From assembly GCA_964016885.1 (NCBI GenBank), contig OZ024743.1, positions 94,860,001-94,924,000 on the forward strand: a stretch of DNA of 64,000 nucleotides, in the 5' to 3' direction. Origin of the DNA: Eledone cirrhosa. Taxonomy: Eukaryota. Of this stretch, positions 51,439 through 64,000 are shown piece by piece. Within the stretch, counting starts at the first letter, position 1; the number at the start of each line of letters is the position of its first letter. The notes beneath the pieces are model-generated. The model was given only the letters and a program-made list of their open reading frames with translations. It was not told the origin of the DNA and ran no database searches. Position numbers and translations under genes: made by a program.

Positions 51439-51696
51439 AAGAAATAGAAGCTTTCGCCGAGAATTTGGCACAGAATTTTCGAAGCGTGGATTTACAAGGA
51501 CTTCAAAATTATATAATCATGGTCCAGATCAGACTGAGGAGCCGAATGATGGAAAGTGTGAATTCCGATGAATTTTATACAACAAAACATGCAATTCCTA
51601 GCAGGTTTTAAAAGACTCTGCATAGTTCATAGCCACTAATAGAGACAGTGATGGTCTTAATCTGTTAACGAGTTGACGGCCATTATTATGTATGAA

Positions 51697-51873
51697 TTGG
51701 CAGTATAAGTAGAGGGTCGGACGGCATGCTTTCCACCATAATTACGTTTCTTTACTGTTTGAGTTCAAATCCCGTCGAGGTTAACTTTGCTTTTCATCCT
51801 TACAGGGTCTATAAAATAGAGTACCAGTAATGTACAGGATAATTGCTGGCCTTGTGCCAAAAGTAAAAACAAT
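51697..51873 (+). mobile_element. tRNA-derived SINE (octopod-type), decayed
   Basis: GAGTTCAAATCC B-box, ..ctttgcttttcatcc..agtaccagt..gctggccttgtgcc; homologs at 57720, 58410, 58560; 3' tips at 7855 and 43695. Confidence 0.7.
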
Positions 51874-52619
51874 TATTATGTATGAATGAATGTAAGGATA
51901 TATATACACACACACACACGTATATATTATATATATATATGTCGCAGGTTTTAGCTTCTAGGAGAAGGTACTCTGATGTAAAACCTACGACTTTGTTTAC
52001 AGCCAATGATGTAGACCAGTTCTTCTTTTTGGGTAAGTGCATTCGATGTTCAGAGAATGGGATTGGCCCCGTGCAAAGCCTTTCCTCACTTAAAAAAGCT
52101 TCAAACATAGGCATCACTTGATATGTGATATTTTGTGCGATGCATGGCATTGCTGGCCATAGGCAAGTCCCTAGTAGGACTCAAAAGCCACGTACATGAT
52201 GATCATGCTTAAGTATCAAGCGAGAAGCATCTTTAAGTATATTTAAGAAAAGGAGAGAATGGAAAATATACTGAATTCACAGTACACAGGTATACCATAC
52301 TTGAATTCAGGCATCTATTCCGTAGTGGGCACTTATCCGGTAGGTGGCAATTACAATTTGAGGTTTTATTTACACGCTCTCACCTATTTATTTGTTTATC
52401 TCTTTATATTTTCCATTCTCTCTTTTTCTTACTTTTTAATGTACTCTATCTTATATTTTATTTTTACTATCTGTAACTTCTCTACCTATTTACCATACAT
52501 GTATTATTATTGATGTTATTGTTTAGATTATACGCTATTTTATTATTGATGTTATTGTTTTAATTATACGCTATTTTTCTATATAAGTCTTACTTCGAGT
52601 AAATTACTTTCATATCTAC

Positions 52620-52730
52620 GTACTCTGATGTGTTGATCAGAGGTGAATAATGTATTGGAGATCGAATAACGCAACCTCAAGCGATTAGCGAACTCTAGAC
52701 CCACATGATCAACGAAACAATTGTCAGCAC
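52620..52730 (+). ncRNA. Hammerhead motif with ~66-nt stem-II insertion
   Basis: GTACT-CTGATGT-GTTGATCA...TGATCAAC-GAAA-CAATTG-TC-AGCAC. Confidence 0.7.
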
Positions 52731-52783
52731 TTTAAATAAAGCCCTTATTGTACAGCCAACCATGTTACTCTTCATCCTTTAAC

Positions 52784-52814
<31 letters not shown>

Positions 52815-52972
52815 AAGAAAGTGTGGTAAGGAACCAGGTGGACCATAACGCACCAGAGTACTCAATACTTAGGGTAGTAGAGTGGGTAATAGGTAAAGAG
52901 CCATGATCCTGACGGGGTCCTGACTCTTTTCTTCTATATATAGGAATGAAGCAGTTCTAGTCCTGTAGAAGC

Positions 52973-53065
<93 letters not shown>

Positions 53066-53186
53066 TTATTAAAATAACAGATTAAAGTTTAAGCAAAGAA
53101 TCGCTGCTTTCACCCTTAACGGGATCTTCTATATATTTATCCTTATCGAGCCCTCTTTGGATTTTAGTCTTCAAATTTATTATTAT

Positions 53187-55169
<1,983 letters not shown>

Positions 55170-55256
55170 CGAAGCAAGCGTGGTAAGGAACCAGATGGAC
55201 CAGACCATAACGCACAAGAGTACTCAATACTACTTAGGGTAGTAGAGCGGGTAATG

Positions 55257-55523
<267 letters not shown>

Positions 55524-55534
55524 CATATATACAT

Positions 55535-55700
<166 letters not shown>

Positions 55701-55874
55701 AAAATCATGCTTCTTGTTTAGCATTCCTTTTTGAAACATCCTCCCTCCTTCCCCCTTCCTCAACTCTGGCTTTCCTCTTCTTTCTTATTCTCTTCCTACT
55801 GTTCTCCACTCATTTCTTTCACTTCCCCCTCTCTTTAATTTATCACACTCCCACACTCTTCATTCTCCTCCGTT

Positions 55875-55950
55875 TTCTTCTTCTTCTTCTTCTTCTTCTT
55901 CTTCTTCTTCTTCTTCTTCTTCTTCTTCTTCTTCTTCTTCTTCTTCTTCT
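55875..55950. repeat. (TTC)n microsatellite
   Basis: direct reading. Confidence 0.95.
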
Positions 55951-56249
55951 CCCCTATGAGCTTTCGCTGTAAATATATCTATCTCTTTGTTGCTTATTTA
56001 GCAGCAATCAAGCAACCACATGCAGTAACAGTCGCTGCTGCTGTTGCTGTTATTGCTGCAGCTGTTATTGTTATTGTTGCTTCTGCTGATATTGTTGTTG
56101 TTGTTGTAGCAGCTGCTGCTGCTACTGCTATCCCCCGGATCTCCGATGATCCGTCCCGGAATATTTATGTTAATCGAAGCTGATCTCCACATATTAGCGA
56201 CATCAGGTTGCAGGAAAATATATTCGGTTTGTACTTTAAAACGCCAGCT

Positions 56250-56287
56250 GCTGCAACAACAACAATAGCAGCAGCAGTAGCAACAGC

Positions 56288-56320
<33 letters not shown>

Positions 56321-56528
56321 AACAATAATAATAACTGCTATACGAACAATATCAGCAGCATCAATAACTACAACACACCATATCAGCAATAATATTAACA
56401 GTAACAACACCACAGCAATAACAACAACAACAGCAACAACAACGAGAACAGCAACAACAACAAAAACGACAACCACAACAACAACAACAACAACAACGAG
56501 AACAGCAACAACAACAAAAACGACAACC

Positions 56529-56559
<31 letters not shown>

Positions 56560-57370
56560 CGAGAACAGCAACAACAACAAAAACGACAACCACAACAACA
56601 ACGAGAACAACAACAACAACAACAACAACAAAAACGACATCAACAACAACAACAACAACAACGAGAACAACAACAACAACAAAAGCGACAACAACAACAA
56701 CAACAACAGCAACAACAACAACAACAACAACAACAAAAAACGACAACAACAACAACAACATCGAGAACATCAACAGCAACAAAAACGACAACAACAACAA
56801 CAACAACAACAGCAACAACAACAAAAACGACAACAACAACGAGAACAGCAACAACAACAAAAACGACAACAACAACAACAACAACAACAGCAACAACGAG
56901 AACAACAACAACAACAACGAGTACAGCAACAACAACAACGAGTACAGCAACAACAACAACGAGAACAGCAACAACAACAAAAACGACAACAACAACAACA
57001 ACAACAACAACGAGAACAGCAACAACAACAAAAGCGGCACCGACAGCAACAGCAACAAGAATAACAGCTATAGTGACAATAACTACAACAGTAACAACAT
57101 CAACAACTATAATATCAACAGTAACAATAAGCACTACAGCAATAACAACAACAACACAACAACAACAATAACAAAACCAATAACAATAGTAAAAATTAAT
57201 AACTGTAATACTAAGAAGAACGACAATAACAGCAGCAACAACGACATCAGCAATAGCAACAATAACGACGGCAACAACAATAGCAACAACAATAATGAAA
57301 ACAACAGAAACATCAATAGCAACAACAATAATAACAACAACAACAATAAGGACAACAACAGCAACAGCAC
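56250..57370. repeat. Degenerate (CAA)n tract
   Basis: direct reading; explains the poly-T/poly-N ORFs. Confidence 0.95.
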
Positions 57371-57374
57371 TAAT

Positions 57375-57698
57375 TGTGCTGGTTATCCGTCGGTTCCGAC
57401 GATGAGTATTCCAGTTATTTGCTCAACAGAACAGCCTGCTTGTAAAGTTAACGTGCAAGTGACTAAGCATTCTCTAGATACGTGTACTCTTAACGTAGTC
57501 CCCAGGGAGATTCATCGTGGGTCAGTATGGGATAAGGCCAGTCCTTTGAATTACAGGTACAACTCGTTTTTGCCAGGAGAAAGGACCGCAGCATCATGAA
57601 ATAAAGTGTCTTGCTCAAGGGCGCATCACACCTTCGCGAATTGAACTTACGACCTTACAATTGTGAAGTGAACATCATAACCGCTGAGCCACGTGCCT
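57375..57698 (-). mobile_element. tRNA-derived SINE (second family), full length
   Basis: minus strand A-box TGGCTCAGCGG, B-box GTTCAATTC, then CCTTGAGCAAGACACTTT core. Confidence 0.78.
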
Positions 57699-57719
57699 TT
57701 AACAACAACAATAACAATA

Positions 57720-57900
57720 GTTTCTGATTTTAGGCACAAGGCCAACAATTTCTTTGTGTGTGTGTGGGGGGGGGGGAGTCGATTAAATCGAACTAGTACG
57801 TTACTGGTACTTTATTTTATCGACACCGTAAATATGAAAGGTGAAGGTAATCTCGGCGGCATTTCAGCTCAGAACGTAAAGGGCCGTAACCCTATGCTGC
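57720..57900 (-). mobile_element. SINE, family of 51697
   Basis: ggcacaaggcca..actggtactttattttatcgac..gaaagg. Confidence 0.7.
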
Positions 57901-57919
57901 AAAGGAACAACAATAATAA

Positions 57920-58386
57920 TTTCTTTATTATTGGCCACAAGGACCGAACATAGAGGACAACACAAAGACAGGGGGCAGTGGGGGTTTACATATATTCGAG
58001 TAAAAAATATAAACAAAAACAATTAACAAAAAATATAAACAGAATTCCTCAATAGGGGGGGGGGGGGCGCGTACCACCCAGAGGTAATGTTAGGAACCCC
58101 ACAAATCCCAACCCACCTTCATCTCCAAGAGTACCCTAGGAGGGTGCACCTCGCTTCCTCTATCCTTCCACCCTACAGGCGCATGTTCAGGCCCATTCAC
58201 ACGGTCCACCCTAGCAACAATCGCCCACCATTTAAGAAATGTTCTGGGTGGCAGCATTTCTCTCTCCACCCTCATCTTCCTTTCCAAGTGGAACTTGAAA
58301 CAGTTGACGAGGGCTTGGCCGAAGAGGAAAGTGTCTGTCTTCAGACCTTTCAGTCGCATCCACCATACAACCTCTTTCGCTACAGC
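57920..58386 (-). mobile_element. Tx1 3'-end fragment
   Basis: RLKGLKTDTFLFGQ..KFHLERK; 3' end CCTTGTGGCCAATAATAAAGAAA in (AAT)n. Confidence 0.85.
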
Positions 58387-58559
58387 TATCAGCTGACAAT
58401 GATAATAATTATTTCTAATATTAGCACAGGGTCAGCAATTGGAGGGAAGGGATAAACCGATTATATCAACCCCATTGTGTTACTGGTACTTTATTTTATC
58501 AGAGCAGGTTGAAGCATTACTACAGTTTTATCGAGGCTGATAATTAATCCATCACTAAT

Positions 58560-58765
58560 AATTGTTTCTACTTTAGGCACAAGGCCAGCAATTTTAGGAA
58601 GGGGTAAGCCAATTATGTCAACCCCAGTACTTAACAGGTACTTTATTTTCTCGAGCCCGGAAGGATGGAAAGCAAAGTTAACTTCGACGGGATTTTAACT
58701 CAGGAAATCGTAACTAAATACTGCAGAGCATTTTGTCCGAAGCTCTACCGATTCTACCGAATATC
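58560..58765 (-). mobile_element. SINE, family of 51697
   Basis: ggcacaaggccagca..aggatggaaagcaaagttaacttcgacggg. Confidence 0.72.
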
Positions 58766-58776
58766 AATAATAATCA

Positions 58777-59095
58777 TTAATACCTACCATCAAAATTTAT
58801 CCAAGCCTCCATGTCACCATGAAAAGATTTGATTATATTAAAAAAGTGTTCTGGGCACCCTAATCTGACAAGGATCTCCTTCAGAGCAACAGTAGACAAA
58901 CGGGAAAGCTCCATGCAGTCTTTCAACCTATTAGAAATAGCAGCCAAATCCCCCCACATATCACACATATCAATGTCTTAAAGAACGTTATGGACGTATT
59001 GGATAATGAAGTCCTAGATACGTTGTATTTGAACAGAAGAGGTAATGATCACGGTTGGAACGTCTGTTATAGGTTTGCTCAGGGAGCGATGACCT
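58777..59095 (-). mobile_element. Decayed RTE-like LINE fragment
   Basis: ILVRLGCPEHFFNIIKSFHGDMEAWINFDG. Confidence 0.55.
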
Positions 59096-59099
59096 GGAG

Positions 59100-59750
59100 C
59101 ACAACATCATAACAAATAGCAGTAACAACAACAACAACAGCAGCAACAACAAAAGCAGAAATAACAATAACATCCACAACAACTGCAATAACAACAGCAA
59201 TAACAAAAACATCATCAACAACAACAACAGAATAACAAGAACAATAACAACAACAGTAACAAGAACAGCAATAACAACAACAACAGTAACAACAACAACA
59301 ACAACAACAACAGCAGCAACAACAATAACAGCAATAACAATAACATCCACAACAACTGCAATAACAACAGCAATAACAACAACATCCACAACAACAACAA
59401 CGGTAAAAACAATAGCAGCAATAACAATAACATCAACAACAAGTACAGCAATAACAACAACAGCAATAACAACATCATTAACAATAATAACGGTACTAAG
59501 AAGAACAACAACAACAAAAGCAAAAGCAGTACTAACAACAACAGCAACAACAACATCAACAACAAAAACAACAGTAATACTAACAATAACAACAACATTA
59601 ACAAAAGCAGCTAAAACAACAGCAACAACAACATCAACAAAACATCAACAACGAAAAGAACAACAACAATAGCAGAAGCAACAATAACAACAGCAGCAAC
59701 AGCAGTAATATGAACGAGAATAGCAACAAGAACAAGAACAACAACTAACA
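59100..59750. repeat. Degenerate (CAA)n tract
   Basis: direct reading. Confidence 0.92.
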
Positions 59751-59760
59751 TTTATATGTG

Positions 59761-60890
59761 TATATCTATAGTTTACCTGTATATCTATAGTTTACCTGTA
59801 TATCTATATTTTACCTGTATATCTATAGTTTACCTGTATATCTGTAGTTTACGTGTATATCTATAGTTTACCTGTATATCTATATTTTACCTGTATATCT
59901 ATAGTTTACCTGTATATCTGTAGTTTACGTGTATATCTATAGTTTACCTGTATATCTATAGTTTACCTGTATATCTGTAGTTTACCTGTATATCTGTATC
60001 TCTATATTTTACCTGTATATCTATAGTTTACCTGTATATCTATAGTTTACCTGTATATTTGTATCTCTATATTTTACCTGTATATCTATAGTTTACCTGT
60101 ATATCTATAGTTTACCTGTATGTCTGTAGTTTACCTGTATATCTGTATCTCTATATTTTACCTGTATATCTATAGTTTACCTGTATATCTATAGTTTACC
60201 TGTATATCTGTAGTTTACCTGTATATCTGTATCTTTTACCTGTATATCTATAGTTTACCTGTATATCTATAGTTTACCTGTATATCTGTAGGTTACCTGT
60301 ATATCTATAGTTTACCTGTATATCTATAGTTTACCTGTATATCTGTAGTTTACCTGTATATCTGTAGTTTACCTGTATATCTGTATATCTGTAGTTTACC
60401 TATATATTTATAGTTTACCTGTATATCTGTATCTCTATAGTTTACTTGTATATCTATAGTTTACCTGTATATCTATAGTTTACCTGTATATTTGTATCTC
60501 TATAGTTTACCTGTATATCTATAGTTTACCTGTATATTTGTATCTCTATAGTTTACCTGTATATCTATAGTTTACCTGTATATTTGTATCTCTATAGTTT
60601 ACTTGTATATCTATAGTTTACATGTATATCTATAGTTTACCTGTAAATCTGTATGTCTATAGTTTACCTGTATATCTATAGTTTACCTGTATATCTATAG
60701 TTTACATGTATATCTATAATTTACCTGTATATCTATAGTTTATCTTTATATCTGAAGTTTACCTGTATATCTATAGTTTACCTGTATTTCTATAATTTAC
60801 CTGTATATCTATAGTTTATCTTTATATCTGTAGTTTACCTGTATATATATATAGTTTACATGTATATCTATATCTATAGTTTACCTGTAT
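59761..60890. repeat. 19-bp minisatellite TATATCTATAGTTTACCTG
   Basis: direct reading; some units carry an extra 8-bp insert. Confidence 0.95.
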
Positions 60891-61019
60891 ATTAACATCT
60901 GAGGTAACCCCAGCTTTGGCGGTGAATTTAAATTTGAGACAAAGGAATGAAAATCCTTTAGACAAACCGAATTAAGCACTCAACCAGAGCTTATCAAACA
61001 AACATAAACAATTAATCAA

Positions 61020-61936
61020 TCTATATATATATAAAACTGTGGTTGTCTGTCTGTCTATCGATTTTTGGCACACATCTCCTCTTAGAATCTCTCACGAAAT
61101 TGCACCGAAATTGCTATACTTATACATTAAGCCCTAGCGAAGACATCGGAAAAAAAAAATTTCAAATTGACCCGCCCTATGTGACGAAATCGAATATAAT
61201 GTATCGATTTTTGAGCGTAAGTTATCAGTTATTTTCCTTTGTTCTGTTTACATTGAGCGTCTTACGTAAAAAATTACGCTGGCTTTCTCAGCGTTTAAAA
61301 TGACATTAACACAATACACGAACAGACAGTTGTCGAGCCAGCAAAATATTGACCTGCAAAATTCATCAGTTCGAACACTAAGCTTCTGTTTTGCTTCATT
61401 TCCATTTAAAAGCATTTTAAAACAATATTTTTACTTGAAAACAAGTCTATTTAAAGACTACGTAAAACAAGCAAATATTTCGTCGTTAGGCGTGCAGACA
61501 GACAGTCGTGCAGACAGACAGTCGTGCAGAGAGGTGATATACGCGTGCAGACAGATAGTCGTGCAGAGAGGTGATATAGGCGTGCAGACAGACAGTCGTG
61601 CAGAGAGGTGATATAGGCGTGCAGACAGACATAACTGATAATTTGGTTACGCTAATGTTTTTCTCTGCGTTGCAGTGTTTACATTTTCGATCTTTGTTAA
61701 TAAATAACCAGTGCAGTTTCTATCCCCAGCATCCTCTTTTGTTATAACATTCGGGTTATCATTATGTTTTCTTAACTTCATAAGGCATATTGTTGGTTGA
61801 GGGAATATTAATCAAAAACACCACATGCAAGTCTGCACAGTAGACACTACAGTTTTTAAGCCAAGAAAGAAACTTAACATTGTAACTTTAACACAGCTAC
61901 TGAGCGACCCCGAGCAACGCCGGGCTTTACTGCTAG
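61020..61936 (+). mobile_element. Non-autonomous Helitron
   Basis: A|TCTATATATATATAAAA start; CCCGAGCAACGCCGGG hairpin + CTGCTAG|T end; internal ~37-bp repeats 61488-61630. Confidence 0.8.
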
Positions 61937-61940
61937 TCAA

Positions 61941-62648
<708 letters not shown>

Positions 62649-62739
62649 CCCACCAATCAAAACAAACTTCACTGACCACCATAGGAACATCAGACTTTCT
62701 CATACGTATGTATATTCATTTTTCCATTGCCATTACAAG

Positions 62740-62826
62740 GGGCCTGACGATCCGCGGATTACAGAATCGGGTTAGATCGATACAGATCGAACCTTGAGCT
62801 GATCAGTAGCGAAACGCGCGTCACCA
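62740..62826 (+). ncRNA. Hammerhead motif with ~60-nt branched stem-II region
   Basis: CTGACGA...GAAA-CGCGCG-TC; stem I weak; insert flanked by (TA)n. Confidence 0.6.
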
Positions 62827-62946
62827 ACCAATAAACGTAATGAAGGAGTAACTTCAGTGTCTAGCTCTACACCTCGACACTGAAGTGAACCTAAACATCT
62901 AATGCTCACCCGGGTGAACCTACAGTAACTCTAAGTTACACTCCCT

Positions 62947-62998
<52 letters not shown>

Positions 62999-63333
62999 CG
63001 AAGGAGTTGTGGTAAGGAACCAGATGGACCATAACGCACCAGAGTACTCAATACTTAGGGTAGTAGAGTGGGTAATAGGAGAACGTATGACCCCACTTGG
63101 GGGCATACTTTCTCCTATATATATATACAACCGGCCTCCCAGCCTTTTCCCCAGTCTGTACTGTGCTCAAATATATTCATAAGTCACCTATTGTCATCTA
63201 TCGTAATACCCATATCCTTAGAATAAAATATGTTAAAAGGTATTTAAATATATTTATTTAAAATATCTAAATAGAGGAAGTAATAAAGAAAATAATAGAA
63301 AAATGTTTTCTACAAAAATGTATTCTACGAAAA

Positions 63334-63535
63334 TTAGAACTTCAGTTTATAGAATGTTTTAACTGTTTTCTTTGAAGTATATATGAAGAGTTTGTGGGGG
63401 CTTCCTATTCTGTAACAACCTATATATCATGTGAGAAACGGCGCTCTTCTAGATGGAGATCAACAACCTGTATAGTTGGACCTTGGGACTTGTTAATGGT
63501 CATTATGTAACTGAGTCTCATTGGGAATAGCAATT
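63334..63535 (-). pseudogene. Helitron RepHel (PIF1 helicase) C-terminal remnant
   Basis: minus strand FPMRLSYIMTINKSQGPTIQVVDLHLEERRFSH, matching the PIF1 motif FPxRLxFAMTINKSQGQT. Confidence 0.78.
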
Positions 63536-63567
63536 GGTATTATCGGAATTTTAGGACAGATGTTGTA

Positions 63568-64000
63568 GTGGAACTATTCTGGAGAAATGATAGTCTGAGA
63601 GGTGGAAGTACTGTAGTAATGGTGTGGTAATGTCAGAAGTGGCAGTGGAACTATTCTGGAGAAATGGTAGTCTGGGAGGTGGAAGAACTGTAGTAATGGT
63701 GTGGTAATGTCAGAAGTGGCAGTGGAACTATTCTGGAGAAATGGTAGTCTGGGAGGTGGAAGAACTGTAGTAATGGTGTGGTAATGTCAGAAGTGGCAGT
63801 GGAACTATTCTGGAGAAATGGTAGTCTGGGAGGTGGAAGAACTGTAGTAATGGTGTGGTAATGTCAGAAGTGGCAGTGGAACTATTCTGGAGAAATGGTA
63901 GTCTGGGAGGTGGAAGAACTGTAGTAATGGTGTGGTAATGTCAGAAGTGGCAGTGGAACTATTCTGGAGAAATGGTAGTCTGGGAGGTGGAAGAACTGTA
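63568..64000. repeat. 77-bp tandem repeat, at least 5.6 near-identical copies, runs off the window
   Basis: unit starts at 63568, 63645, 63722, 63799, 63876, 63953. Confidence 0.95.

Noticed and set aside
51809-52150. 113-aa minus-strand ORF
   Set aside because: Runs into microsatellite and SINE; no recognisable motif; origin unresolved
56165-57599. 463-aa Thr/Asn-rich mucin-like ORF and antisense poly-L/V ORFs
   Set aside because: Degenerate (CAA)n tract running into a SINE; no domain or splice evidence
57630-57698. tRNA gene
   Set aside because: A/B boxes belong to a SINE head; no complete cloverleaf
59761-60890. CRISPR-like periodicity (also 63568-64000)
   Set aside because: Head-to-tail tandem units without unique spacers; eukaryotic context; no cas genes

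Overview
This is a repeat-saturated eukaryotic window, probably from a cephalopod (Octopus-like). That assignment is inferred from the SINE types and the (TA)n/(CA)n/(AAT)n load, not from a search. I could not identify any host protein-coding gene. The window holds about 10 minus-strand Tx1/L1-clade LINE copies (three near full length, one with a 1000-codon open ORF2), three R4/Dong-like RLE LINE pieces, four coding Penelope-like element (PLE) remnants and many short PLE-end relics. It also holds RTE fragments, tRNA-derived SINEs, Helitrons, and micro- and minisatellites. Three things are not explained by the ORF track. (1) About 20 type-I hammerhead ribozyme motifs occur, including two families with the compensatory U3-A8 core and two motifs with large stem-II insertions. 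(2) A 'tail + fold-back' architecture recurs in PLE-derived inserts, with inverted arms from about 11 to about 930 bp. (3) A perfect GTAAGT 5' splice-site consensus sits 22-33 nt upstream of the ORF2 ATG in all four Tx1 copies that retain the ORF1/ORF2 junction, and a YAG acceptor candidate coincides with the ORF2 stop codon. All motifs and coordinates were read by eye. Element boundaries may be off by a few to tens of bases.
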